A stretch of DNA of 64,000 nt. Source: a virus. A model generated the notes under the pieces. It was not told the origin of the DNA. It did not search any database and saw only the letters and a list, made by a program, of their open reading frames with translations. The position numbers and the translations under genes are program-made. Positions 8,633 to 18,271 of this stretch are shown piece by piece. The stretch lies in the IMG/VR virus record IMGVR_UViG_3300002835_000026; one strand, written 5' to 3'. Positions within the stretch are counted from its first letter, which is position 1. Each line of letters opens with the position of its first letter.

Positions 8633-9805
8633 TTAATTCATGTGTACTACTTTGCCTGGAAATTTTGTTGTTTTAGTTTCACCATCTTTTGTCATTACCC
8701 ATAACATTGGACGTTTAGGAGGTGTAGGAGCAGGTGCATAACCATCTGTAAAAAATACTAATGTGTTATATGTTTGAATATGCTGATTAAAATAATCAAT
8801 TGCTGGTTGAAAATCTGTTCCTCCTCTACCTGTAATAGCAATCTCTTTATCTCCTTTATATTTAAATATATTAGTAATTTTAGCATCACATTCCATTACT
8901 GTCACTTCATGACCTGTTTTATGAATATGTAATAATTGACCTAAAAACTCAACTAAATTATCACTACTAACTGAACCTGAAGTATCAATTGCTACTAATA
9001 TATTTTTCTTATGTTTAATTTTTAAAGCTGGATTACCTGGAAAACGTTTATTGTATTTGTTTCTAGATTTTTTAGTAACTACTTTATCAGATGATGATAT
9101 AAAACGTTTAAAATATGATTTCCAATCAGTAACTGGTACTGGCAATTCAAATAAACTATCAATCCATTCTACTAATGAACCAGGTAATGTACCTCTAAAA
9201 TTAGAACCTTTTTTATCTAAATGTTCAGCAATCTCTTTTACTTGATGTTCTAATTGTTTACCAATTAATTTTTTAGTTGCCTCATCCATATTTGGATCAC
9301 CCCACATATCATGACCATCAGCAAATTCACAACTATCATCTCCTAATCCATCAAGCCATTCTTGAACTTGAGGACAAGTTGATGCTTTATCCTTAATCAT
9401 ATCATAATAAACTCTTGTACCTGCTTTTTCAGGTAAAACTAAATTAGGAACTGAAGTTAAACTTAACCACTCCTTTGATTTGTTTTGTTCGTCTATAAAT
9501 TGATTGATTTCTATATCCGCGGCTATGTTTCTTAGTTTAGCATCCGGATACATTGTTGTGTCTAATAGAAAGTGATGAAACATGATATGTAACAATTCAT
9601 GTTTTAATAATCCTATTCGTTGAAGTTCAGGTAATGAATTCCAATATTCAGGATTAATCTCTAAAGATTGGTTAATACCTTGTAATGATACACAAGCAGT
9701 TGGAATGTTTGTGTTTTCTCGTTTGTTTAATGTTAATAGGAACAAACCATAAAACGGTTCATCTAACATTAATTTCTTGGCTATTTTACTTAAATCTATA
9801 TTCAT
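8633..9805 (-). CDS. Metallopeptidase (HExxH) + vWA domain protein (DUF2201-like)
   Basis: HELLH; NIAADIEINQ; MIDAS motif IDTSGSVS; GRGGTDFQP; FTDGY. Confidence 0.88.
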   Translation of the reverse strand: MNIDLSKIAKKLMLDEPFYGLFLLTLNKRENTNIPTACVSLQGINQSLEINPEYWNSLPELQRIGLLKHELLHIMFHHFLLDTTMYPDAKLRNIAADIEINQFIDEQNKSKEWLSLTSVPNLVLPEKAGTRVYYDMIKDKASTCPQVQEWLDGLGDDSCEFADGHDMWGDPNMDEATKKLIGKQLEHQVKEIAEHLDKKGSNFRGTLPGSLVEWIDSLFELPVPVTDWKSYFKRFISSSDKVVTKKSRNKYNKRFPGNPALKIKHKKNILVAIDTSGSVSSDNLVEFLGQLLHIHKTGHEVTVMECDAKITNIFKYKGDKEIAITGRGGTDFQPAIDYFNQHIQTYNTLVFFTDGYAPAPTPPKRPMLWVMTKDGETKTTKFPGKVVHMN

Positions 9806-9809
9806 ATCC

Positions 9810-9841
9810 TAAACATAATAAAGATATTTAGGGAAGCCAAG
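9810..9841 (-). promoter_or_regulatory. Bacteroidota-type promoter
   Basis: CTTG-20 nt-TATGTTTA. The spacer is similar to that of the 8382 promoter (GCTTCCC...ATCTTT). Confidence 0.65.
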
Positions 9842-9842
9842 C

Positions 9843-10046
9843 CTATTGTAAAGTTTGAGTACCTTTTATATGTTGTGGATGGTAAGGACAATGTCGACAA
9901 CCATTTCCACAACAATAACCACGATTAATAAGAAAATGGGTCGTGAGAACACGATACCCATTTTCTATATAGTAATCTTGAGTGTTATTGGATTTCGCAA
10001 TTTCCTCCGGCACAGGCGAGTTCGTCTTGTCTTGCTGTGTTGTCAT
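9843..10046 (-). CDS. Small Cys-rich protein (DUF5522-like)
   Basis: RGYCCGNGCRHCPY motif. The annotated start overlaps the nrdJ 3' end, so it is uncertain. Confidence 0.75.
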   Translation of the reverse strand: MTTQQDKTNSPVPEEIAKSNNTQDYYIENGYRVLTTHFLINRGYCCGNGCRHCPYHPQHIKGTQTLQ

Positions 10047-11838
10047 TCATTTCTATTACTTTAGATAAGTCAATATTATGTAAACTTTTTACCATTTCAT
10101 TAAATTTGTCCTCATCTATGGTTTCAAATGGTGCTTGAACGTAAGTGTGATCTGAATGTGGTAGAACTGATAACGCAGTGAAATATTCTTTGTTTTCAAA
10201 TAACCATTCTCCAATTGATTCCCACTCATCAGGTTTAAGAGTTACTGTAGCAGAAACATTATGCATGTTAGCTCCTCTTCTATGTCCTGGTTTGATCCAA
10301 TTTTTATTAATTGTTTTAATACGTTCTAATAAATCAATAGCTGATTCTGAACGTGTAATTGCTCCTTGTGGTGCTTTTTGTGGAACTGAAATTACAGCTT
10401 GAATAGTTGGTTTAAAGAAATCATCTTCTAATAATTCTGGATGATAGATACTTAAGTAAGTATATAATGCTTCGTTTTTACCTACTCTAATTCTTCTAGC
10501 ATAAAACTCATCGTGCCAAGCATGAATTCCAGATGAAGTACCTAATACTAAACTTGTAGTACCTGATGGCTTAACTGTTGTAACACGAGCTGCTCTATTA
10601 ATACCAATAATTTTAGCTACACGTTCGTTTTCTTCAACTGCTACTTTAGCTGCTTCTTTCATGTTTAATTTTAAAACAGCTCCTGAAGCAATACCTGTCA
10701 TTCCAATACCTAATAATGCTTCTTTTTCAGTTGTTTTTTTCCAAACATCTCTTAAGTAATGAAAATCAGTATATGATGCTTGTAATGTTCCAATGAACGA
10801 TGCTGCTTTTGCTCTGTTGTTATATTCTTCTTGTGTTTCAATATCCGAAGCATTGATTTCACATAAGTTACAGAATTGATTTGGTTTTAAATTAATTTCA
10901 GCACATGGATTTGTACCTGCATCTTTATCGTTTGAGAATAAGAAGCCAGGTTCACCACTATTACTTAATTCAATTTTTTTCCATAATGCTAAAAATGTAT
11001 CTTTTTCAATTTTAGAACGTAACAACATCGCTGAGTTATTTGCTCTTCCACGTTGTGGATTTTCTTCCCACCAATTTCCAAATTTACAAGTTAACATTTC
11101 TTCATCATCTAAATTAAATAATGAAATTAATGCTGCTCTTCTAATACCACCTGATAATACCGCATCAGCTAAATGACAAATAATATCATGACATTCTAAT
11201 GATGATAATTTTTGACCATCTTGTTTTCTGTCTAAAATAGCTTGTACATGTGTTAAAGCAATTTTTAATGGTTCTGGACCTGGTGCTTTACCTCCTACAG
11301 TAATTAATTCAGCTCCTTTAGGACGAATATCTCTAAAGTCAAAAGCAGGTGCTGCACCTCCTCTTAAGTAAGCTTTCATTAATACTTTAACTGCATCAGC
11401 CCATCCTTCAATTGAATCACCAACTAAATATCTTTTAGATTTTAATGGTTTTCTAATTTCAGGTAATTTTTCAATGTGATGTTGTTGTACTGAATAACCT
11501 ACTCCACATCCTGAAAGTAATAAAAACATAATTTCAGAAAATGCAGCCATGTCATCAATTGGTAAATAAGAACAATTGAATATTCTTGAATTGTTTATTT
11601 GGATTGGTTTACCACCAAATTGTAAACTACGCATTGAAGGTAATACCTTCTTATCATACACAAATTTATACGCCCAATCAATCTCTTCTTTTAATGCCGG
11701 ATACTTTTCAGTATGCATTTCCTTGTTTCGGGTAACTAATTCGTCCCAAGTTTCTCTTCTTTTTGCTTCGGGTAAGTACTTCGCGTACTTAAGGTGGGTA
11801 GTAATCTCACTCAGAATTTGTGATTCTAATGTCAACAT
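9985..11838 (-). CDS. nrdJ: Class II (adenosylcobalamin-dependent) ribonucleotide reductase
   Basis: VLPSMRSLQFGG, RIFNCSY, GTNPCAEI (thiyl Cys), TTVKPSGT, C-terminal ACAGGNCEI. No beta-subunit gene adjacent. Confidence 0.9.
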   Translation of the reverse strand: MLTLESQILSEITTHLKYAKYLPEAKRRETWDELVTRNKEMHTEKYPALKEEIDWAYKFVYDKKVLPSMRSLQFGGKPIQINNSRIFNCSYLPIDDMAAFSEIMFLLLSGCGVGYSVQQHHIEKLPEIRKPLKSKRYLVGDSIEGWADAVKVLMKAYLRGGAAPAFDFRDIRPKGAELITVGGKAPGPEPLKIALTHVQAILDRKQDGQKLSSLECHDIICHLADAVLSGGIRRAALISLFNLDDEEMLTCKFGNWWEENPQRGRANNSAMLLRSKIEKDTFLALWKKIELSNSGEPGFLFSNDKDAGTNPCAEINLKPNQFCNLCEINASDIETQEEYNNRAKAASFIGTLQASYTDFHYLRDVWKKTTEKEALLGIGMTGIASGAVLKLNMKEAAKVAVEENERVAKIIGINRAARVTTVKPSGTTSLVLGTSSGIHAWHDEFYARRIRVGKNEALYTYLSIYHPELLEDDFFKPTIQAVISVPQKAPQGAITRSESAIDLLERIKTINKNWIKPGHRRGANMHNVSATVTLKPDEWESIGEWLFENKEYFTALSVLPHSDHTYVQAPFETIDEDKFNEMVKSLHNIDLSKVIEMNDNTARQDELACAGGNCEIQ

Positions 11839-11861
11839 GTTTAAATAAAATTTTAAATTAA

Positions 11862-12125
11862 CTAATTAAATAATTTGTTGTCTAATTCCGTCATTTGAAG
11901 ATATAAAATGAAATCATTAAATACTTCTTTTTTTGATTCTGTTAGACTAGAAGCATGTGATTTTAATGCTTCAAGAGTAATAACTGGTTTGTTTGATTCT
12001 AAAATCAACTGTTTATACGAGTTTAAGGTCTCGTTAATTAGATCGGGATTTTCATCTCCGAAGGAATAACTATCTTCGATATACTCAGTAATTAGTTTGT
12101 TGATGTGAGTTTGTTCTAATTTCAT
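11862..12125 (-). CDS. Hypothetical protein
   Basis: 87-aa acidic ORF with an ATGA overlap. Confidence 0.65.
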   Translation of the reverse strand: MKLEQTHINKLITEYIEDSYSFGDENPDLINETLNSYKQLILESNKPVITLEALKSHASSLTESKKEVFNDFILYLQMTELDNKLFN

Positions 12126-12601
12126 AGTAAATTAATTTTTTTAACTTCATTAATAATATACCTTGCAAAACTAATTAATTTTTCTTCTAATTTTTGTAAT
12201 AACGCTTTCTTTTGTTGACCAATTCTTAATCCTTCAAATGGTACTTCTGTGTGCTTCATTTCAGGTACTAAATATTGTCGATAAGCATTTCCTGCTAAAA
12301 ATATAAATTTGTCTTTATCTAAACTATAACCTTTTGCTTGAATTTGTTTTAATACTTCATCTGACCATTCTTTACGTTTATCAGATGATAACTCTTTTAA
12401 AGTCACATTATATGGTGGTATAACTTTATCATGTGGTACTAAATGAAATTTTGCAGATAAAATGTAGATATCTTTCTCTTCCGCTAATTTTTTAGCATAT
12501 GCCCAATTCTTTTGAAATAAATCTGATGAGTATAATTCAAAAGCTGGAGCTGGCTTAGGTAATTTTGTTGCGGAACAAGCTATTAATACTACTGTAGACA
12601 T
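12122..12601 (-). CDS. DUF6884/YaaA-like protein
   Basis: VLIACSATK...PAFELYSS...ILSAKFHLV...IPPYNVTL...LAGNAY...GLRIGQQ pattern. Confidence 0.75.
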   Translation of the reverse strand: MSTVVLIACSATKLPKPAPAFELYSSDLFQKNWAYAKKLAEEKDIYILSAKFHLVPHDKVIPPYNVTLKELSSDKRKEWSDEVLKQIQAKGYSLDKDKFIFLAGNAYRQYLVPEMKHTEVPFEGLRIGQQKKALLQKLEEKLISFARYIINEVKKINLL

Positions 12602-12632
12602 ATTTTGTGGTTATGGTGATAAATATTAAATT

Positions 12633-14009
12633 TTATTTTCCTAATTCAAAAAATTTCTGACTTAGTAACTGCTTATCCATAAAATCAAAATTAGTATTTG
12701 GTGATAAACCTGCTGGTTTAAAGCCTTGTTCTGGTTCTGAATCCTCATAATGCATTTCAGCTGTATTAATGTCTATATGACCTGTAGATGTATCAATTTT
12801 AGCGTTAAATGTCATACCATCCATACCATATCTGTTTTTCATAATATGAACTCTACCAGTACCGTTTGTTTTGTCTAAACGTTTTCTTGATAATGACATT
12901 GCAAAATCTGAAATCATCATTTTATCATATGAACCTGCGGCTTTATCACCTTCAATTACATCATCTTTAGCACCTGCGCGATTTACTTGAGACACTGACC
13001 AAACGGGTAAATTTAATTCTCTTGCTAATCCTTTAGTACTTACATATAAATCATCAACTTCATCCTTACGTTCACCTTTTAAACGTTTAGAGCGTAATAA
13101 GTCAATATAGTCAATAATAACTAAGTCTGGTTTAAAATCTAACTCAATACATTTTTTAATATGTGACTCAACCATTGAAATTGTTGCTTTACCCATTGCA
13201 AACTCTTTAATAATCAAATTACCAGGTAATTTTGGTACCATGTCTTCGATTTCTTTTCTATGTTTTGCAATATTTTGTACTGGTTTGTTAGTGAAAAATG
13301 CATCATAACGTCTTCCTACATAATCTTCGCCTAATTCTAGTGTATAATGTATAACATTATATCCTAATTTAACAGCATGACCACCTAATGCAACTAATGA
13401 CCATGATTTACCTCCACCTGGATTACCAAATATAATACCTAAATCACCTCCTCCTAAACCACCTTGTAACAATACATTTAAGTGTTCCCAAGGTGTCGGA
13501 ACAAATGAGCGATTATCTTCTCTATATCGAGATTCAGTATCCTTATTGTATTCGTGGCCTAAATTTTTGTCTTGCCCCGCTTTAAGCGCGTTATTAACCA
13601 ATAACCTAATAGAGTCATAATCTCCGGCGTTAAGTAAATCAACGCTGTTTAACAGAGCTCTCTTCAGCTGTTGGTTTCTACAAAAATTAGCAAATTCATT
13701 TTCTACATATTCTAAATCATCGTCTGATGATGTATATGCTTCTTTTAATTGTTCTTTAATAGATACTTGTAATACTTCGTTAGTTAATTTTTTTAACTCA
13801 ACTTTAAGTACTTCCATACTTGGTGTTGTATGGTATTTGTAATAGTAATCTAGAATTTGTTTAATGATCCACTTGTGACCTTGGTTTGAAAAATATTCGT
13901 CAGTCAATAAATCATGGATATTTACTAAAAATTCTTTACGAGTTAATAAAGCTGATATAACTTTAATTTGAAATCCCGTCCCATACTGATCTATCGTTTG
14001 TAATGTCAT
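12633..14009 (-). CDS. Replicative DnaB/gp41-like helicase
   Basis: Walker A GNPGGGKS; HYTLEL, IIDYIDLL, WSVSQVNR and MKNRYG motifs. Confidence 0.92.
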   Translation of the reverse strand: MTLQTIDQYGTGFQIKVISALLTRKEFLVNIHDLLTDEYFSNQGHKWIIKQILDYYYKYHTTPSMEVLKVELKKLTNEVLQVSIKEQLKEAYTSSDDDLEYVENEFANFCRNQQLKRALLNSVDLLNAGDYDSIRLLVNNALKAGQDKNLGHEYNKDTESRYREDNRSFVPTPWEHLNVLLQGGLGGGDLGIIFGNPGGGKSWSLVALGGHAVKLGYNVIHYTLELGEDYVGRRYDAFFTNKPVQNIAKHRKEIEDMVPKLPGNLIIKEFAMGKATISMVESHIKKCIELDFKPDLVIIDYIDLLRSKRLKGERKDEVDDLYVSTKGLARELNLPVWSVSQVNRAGAKDDVIEGDKAAGSYDKMMISDFAMSLSRKRLDKTNGTGRVHIMKNRYGMDGMTFNAKIDTSTGHIDINTAEMHYEDSEPEQGFKPAGLSPNTNFDFMDKQLLSQKFFELGK

Positions 14010-14016
14010 AACTTAT

Positions 14017-15057
14017 TTATTTGTAACTATTTAGTATATTGAAATTGTTAGGTAACCAGTGTTCTACATTTTTAATTGTAAAACCCATTCCATCCTCATG
14101 GTATAATTTTAAGAAATCACCTGCTCTTAATTCTGGTGAACTTTCTATTATTAGTTCTTCTAAGAACTGTTTCTCATTATCATCTATAATTGGATTAGCT
14201 AGATTCATAATTTTAAAACAATTTCGTATTGAATTTTCTTCAAACACTATTCTAGAATAGATAATATGTTCCTTATATTTTTCAGCACTAATTTTAAAAA
14301 TATCATCTAATGTTAATATTTCAGTTTGTAATTCAGGAAACAATTTAAATATTTTTCCTTTACCTAAACCTTTAACACCAGGTACTTTATCTGAATTGTC
14401 TCCTAATAGTGTTTTATATAAGATAAAATTTTCAGGTAGAGTGCCAAACTTACTCTTTACAGTTTTACTATCATAGAAATCTTTTTCAATTGGAGAGTAA
14501 ACAATAATATTTTTATTTACTAATTGTAAGAAATCTTTATCTGAAGATACTATATAAACTTTAGAGTCATGAGTTGAAGCTAAATGAGTACTTAAATGAG
14601 CTATTAAGTCGTCTGCTTCTGCTTTATCTATTGCTACTGTTTTAACAGGTAAACATTTTAGATAATGAATTAAACGAGAAATTTGATTATACTTAGAAAT
14701 ATTTTCATCTTCTAAATCATCAAACGTATCCCAATTAGTAACTCGTGTTTGATGTCTTCCTGATTTGTATTCGGGTAATAAGTTCTTCCTGTTATTGGAA
14801 GAACCTATACCGTCAAATACTAGATATACAGATGTTGGTTGAATATTGTTAATCAGAAATCCTAATGATCTTAAGAATCCACCTAAACCTCCTATATGCA
14901 CTCCATCTGAATTAATATAATTTAATACAGCAAAGTTTCTTAGAAATAAATTTAATCCATCTACTAGAACTACTCTAGAGTGTTTATTTAAGGTAGGCTC
15001 GTCCTTTACTTCTTGGGTTACATTACCAAGAAGTTTAAATAATTCATCTGTATTCAT
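14017..15057 (-). CDS. 5'-3' exonuclease / flap endonuclease (T4 RNase H-like)
   Basis: VDGLNL, VFDG, EYKSGR, EADD, SSDKDFLQL and GDNSDKVPGVKGLG motifs. Confidence 0.92.
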   Translation of the reverse strand: MNTDELFKLLGNVTQEVKDEPTLNKHSRVVLVDGLNLFLRNFAVLNYINSDGVHIGGLGGFLRSLGFLINNIQPTSVYLVFDGIGSSNNRKNLLPEYKSGRHQTRVTNWDTFDDLEDENISKYNQISRLIHYLKCLPVKTVAIDKAEADDLIAHLSTHLASTHDSKVYIVSSDKDFLQLVNKNIIVYSPIEKDFYDSKTVKSKFGTLPENFILYKTLLGDNSDKVPGVKGLGKGKIFKLFPELQTEILTLDDIFKISAEKYKEHIIYSRIVFEENSIRNCFKIMNLANPIIDDNEKQFLEELIIESSPELRAGDFLKLYHEDGMGFTIKNVEHWLPNNFNILNSYK

Positions 15058-15060
15058 TTT

Positions 15061-16137
15061 CTATTCTGGTTCTTGTGAAAATACATCAGTCCCTTCAAAT
15101 CCCTCTTCTTCTTCAAAGACATCAAAATCTAAACTGCCTAAAATTTTCATCCATTCTTTTGCGTGAGCATCTTTATAAGATTTTAATTCTTTTTCAGTAT
15201 CGTTAATGAATCCATGAGGTGTCATAATAATTTTACCTCTTGATTGAACTCCGTTAATGTGATTTTTATCAATCTGGATGTTTGTGCGTTTAGCAAATTC
15301 TACTTGCTTACCATCTTTAATTGCTTTAATTTTAGATGTTCCAGCATTTGAAATATTACCAAATGTTACTACAAATGTAGCGTCAAACCACATTGCAAAT
15401 CCACCCTTATTCATTAGTTTTGGTTGACCCATAGGCATTTCAGCTTTAGCTGTCCATACTTTATTGATACAAACTAATGTATTAGTGTATTTTGAACTCT
15501 CTTTTCTCGATAATGTAATTCTTTGATTAACACTATTTCCAAATTGAGTACTCATTGCACCTGCATTCCACTCATTATTATTTTTATTTGAACGAATTGA
15601 TAATTCACATGGTATAGAACCAATTGAATCCCATAAGAACAATAAATCATATGGTAAATTACCTTTTTTCTGTTCGTCTAATAAATCTAAAATAAATGCT
15701 GCTACGTCTTCAATTGTATGTAACGTTTCTCTATCTACATAAATAAAATTACCTTCAAAATTTAAAATTTCTCCAGTTGATTCGTCTACAATTGTTTTAA
15801 CATCTAATCCCATCTGAATTGCGTGTTCCCAATTCCACTTCATCTCAGTAATAATGAATACAGGTAATACCTTTTGTTTTTGAGCGGCTACTGCTGCTTC
15901 AATTAACGCTGTTGTTTTACCTGTATCACTATGACCTCTTAGTAGGACTATATGACCCTGAGGAATCCCAGGAACCGAAGTTACATCTTGAAATGCTTTA
16001 GATAATGGTATCCATTTTTGATCTTTGAATTTCACATTTGAACTTAATAATTTCTTTTCCTTGAATTTATTTAAGTCAAAGCTACCTCTCAACTCAGCAG
16101 ATACCGCTGCTGCTAGTGATGTGTCTTTTTTAGCCAT
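15061..16137 (-). CDS. RecA/UvsX-like recombinase
   Basis: GIPQGHIVLLRGHSDTGKTT; LWDSIGS; CINKVW; KGG. Confidence 0.85.
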   Translation of the reverse strand: MAKKDTSLAAAVSAELRGSFDLNKFKEKKLLSSNVKFKDQKWIPLSKAFQDVTSVPGIPQGHIVLLRGHSDTGKTTALIEAAVAAQKQKVLPVFIITEMKWNWEHAIQMGLDVKTIVDESTGEILNFEGNFIYVDRETLHTIEDVAAFILDLLDEQKKGNLPYDLLFLWDSIGSIPCELSIRSNKNNNEWNAGAMSTQFGNSVNQRITLSRKESSKYTNTLVCINKVWTAKAEMPMGQPKLMNKGGFAMWFDATFVVTFGNISNAGTSKIKAIKDGKQVEFAKRTNIQIDKNHINGVQSRGKIIMTPHGFINDTEKELKSYKDAHAKEWMKILGSLDFDVFEEEEGFEGTDVFSQEPE

Positions 16138-16149
16138 TTTGTTTAGTTA

Positions 16150-16974
16150 TTAGTCTTCGTCATCAAATAATGCGTCAAATTTACTTGCTTTAGGTGCTGG
16201 TTTAGCTGTTAAAGTGTAATTTTGAGTTTTAGGAGCTGCTTCCCAAGGTAAGTCATCTGTTTTGTCTTCAGTAGTAACTTCATCATCAATGATTGAACCT
16301 TCTTCTGCTTCTTCAGGTGTTAACCACTCTTGTAAAGATGCTTTCATTTCGTCAAATGAATACTTTTTAAACTCTTCAATTGGATTTGGTTGTTCATCTA
16401 ACCAATTTTGAATTTGATTAGCATCCTCAGACAATGGAGTAACTTTTGTACGAGCCATAATTGTTGATTTATTATACTGTGTACCAGTTACATCTGGTCC
16501 TACTGTATTAATAATAATGTCTCTACCTTCTGCTACGTCTGTAAAGTCTCCTACGTCCTCGTTATCAGCTAAATTTAAGAAGTCCATATATAACTCCTTA
16601 CCAAACTGCCATAACTTAATTCCGTTTGATTCTTCACCTCTAACAATAACAGGAGCAAAAATTCTCATTTTTGGATCTAATTTCTTAGCTAATCTCCAAT
16701 TTTCCTTGTCATTTGTACTACGTAATTGTTTTGCAAATTCAGCAATTGGATCTTTATCACCCCACGATAGAGGAGAGATCATTACTTTTTTGCCAATACC
16801 ATAGTAGAAATATAATTCTGTGAATGGGTTTTTCTTATTATACTTATTAGGTACAATACGAACATTTTGTTTTCCGATTGATGGTTTCCAACCTGAGTTT
16901 TTCTTGTCGGTTTTGTTTGAACCGGGTTTAGCTTGTAGTTTCGTAAGCTTCGATTTGATTTCTGATAAATCCAT
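16150..16974 (-). CDS. Single-stranded DNA-binding protein (gp32-like)
   Basis: WKPSIGKQNVRIVP, DPIAEF, KLWQFGK, DFTDVAEGRDI, acidic tail FDALFDDED; located in the replication cluster. Confidence 0.8.
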   Translation of the reverse strand: MDLSEIKSKLTKLQAKPGSNKTDKKNSGWKPSIGKQNVRIVPNKYNKKNPFTELYFYYGIGKKVMISPLSWGDKDPIAEFAKQLRSTNDKENWRLAKKLDPKMRIFAPVIVRGEESNGIKLWQFGKELYMDFLNLADNEDVGDFTDVAEGRDIIINTVGPDVTGTQYNKSTIMARTKVTPLSEDANQIQNWLDEQPNPIEEFKKYSFDEMKASLQEWLTPEEAEEGSIIDDEVTTEDKTDDLPWEAAPKTQNYTLTAKPAPKASKFDALFDDED

Positions 16975-17012
16975 AACTGTATATTTGTTTAATTTAAAAC
17001 TATTATTATTCT

Positions 17013-17044
17013 ATAATATAATGAACACATTATGTGAGGCCAAA
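17013..17044 (-). promoter_or_regulatory. Bacteroidota-type promoter for the replication operon
   Basis: TTTG-20 nt-TATATTAT. Confidence 0.65.
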
Positions 17045-17100
17045 CTAAGGCCCAAAAATTGGACCTTAGATGATTTTGTGTGGTATGTTGGGGTGATTTT

Positions 17101-17271
17101 TTATTTTATTTTGTTTTGATCATTAAATTTTGATTTTAACCATTCTTCTTTAGTAAGAGGTGCTCCACATTTATACAAAATAGCAGCACATCTTTCACTA
17201 GTTTTTTTAATTTCATCTACACCTTCCCAATATTTTTTTACAAAAATATCATATTTTTCATCTATTGTCAT
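17101..17271 (-). CDS. Small hypothetical protein (56 aa)
   Basis: Below the track cutoff: MTIDEKYDIFVKKYWEGVDEIKKTSERCAAILYKCGAPLTKEEWLKSKFNDQNKIK. Fills an otherwise empty gap. Confidence 0.55.
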   Translation of the reverse strand: MTIDEKYDIFVKKYWEGVDEIKKTSERCAAILYKCGAPLTKEEWLKSKFNDQNKIK

Positions 17272-17290
17272 AAACTTTATATTTTAATTA

Positions 17291-17692
17291 TTATCCTACA
17301 ATCCAATCACCATTTATTTGATTTATAGCTACATCTTGATCTTGGTAATTATCATCATATATATGAATACCTGCGGCATCTGTTTCAAAATCCATACCTG
17401 CTGCTTTAGCGGCATATATAAAATTTTGTCTATCTAAATTCAATACCTGTAGTACTTTATCTAATTTATCATATCCATATGGTTTATTAATTAAAGCTTT
17501 AATTACTCTTACAGCATTTTTACCTTGTATAGTATTAACAAATGTTTTAGCCTTTTTTATATCTTGAGCTTCTTCATCTGCTAATTCTTTATCTACATCA
17601 TCCCATGTTTTTTCTTCATTAATTTGGTTTTCAGTAATAATACCTGCTAATTTTTGCATGCGGATAAATTGTTCGTTTAATGGTTGTTTCAT
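17291..17692 (-). CDS. Putative internal head (cargo) protein with RMQKLAGI leader
   Basis: N-terminus MKQPLNEQFIRMQKLAGIITENQINE matches 17705..18271 and the scaffold C-terminus. Confidence 0.65.
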   Translation of the reverse strand: MKQPLNEQFIRMQKLAGIITENQINEEKTWDDVDKELADEEAQDIKKAKTFVNTIQGKNAVRVIKALINKPYGYDKLDKVLQVLNLDRQNFIYAAKAAGMDFETDAAGIHIYDDNYQDQDVAINQINGDWIVG

Positions 17693-18271
17693 TATAGTGT
17701 TGTATTATAATTTTTCCGCAGCGTCTTTTAGATAATCACTTATTACTTCTCTTGGACTTGTATCATAATCCATATTCCAAATATCCCATATAATACCATA
17801 AGATGTAGGTCTAAATGTATCTGAATATCCAAATGAATTATCTATTTTACTTAAATAAGATTGAGGAATTGTCCATTCATCTTCCTCTTTATCAAATGTA
17901 AATCCTGCAGCTATTAAATTTTTAGCTAATTGAGGAGCAAAAGCTTGCATAATTTCATAATCAATACCATCTTGAACATAACCTCCAAAACTTTCTAAAG
18001 CATCCTCATCTTCATCTTCAGCTGTTAATTTATAAGCCCAATCAAAAGCTTCTTGTTTAACTTTTGGATTATTAACTACTGCGTCTAATCCTTTATAGAT
18101 AGGATCAGTACCTACTAAGTCTAAATATTCTTGTGAATGTCCTTTCCATTGTTTATCAAATTGAGACATTAATGCCTCTTTGTCCATTTCAACTTCGTTA
18201 ATTTGGTTTTCAGTAATTATACCCGCTAATTTTTGCATGCGGGTAAATTGTTCGTTTAATTGTTTTTTCAT
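17621..18271 (-). repeat. ~72-nt near-identical direct repeat (17621-17692 and 18200-18271) encoding a shared leader peptide
   Basis: Both copies read aatttggttttcagtaat.atacc.gctaatttttgcatgcgg.taaattgttcgtttaat on the plus strand. Confidence 0.9.
17705..18271 (-). CDS. Putative internal head (cargo) protein with RMQKLAGI leader
   Basis: N-terminus MKKQLNEQFTRMQKLAGIITENQINE followed by an acidic body unrelated to the neighbouring paralog. Confidence 0.65.
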   Translation of the reverse strand: MKKQLNEQFTRMQKLAGIITENQINEVEMDKEALMSQFDKQWKGHSQEYLDLVGTDPIYKGLDAVVNNPKVKQEAFDWAYKLTAEDEDEDALESFGGYVQDGIDYEIMQAFAPQLAKNLIAAGFTFDKEEDEWTIPQSYLSKIDNSFGYSDTFRPTSYGIIWDIWNMDYDTSPREVISDYLKDAAEKL

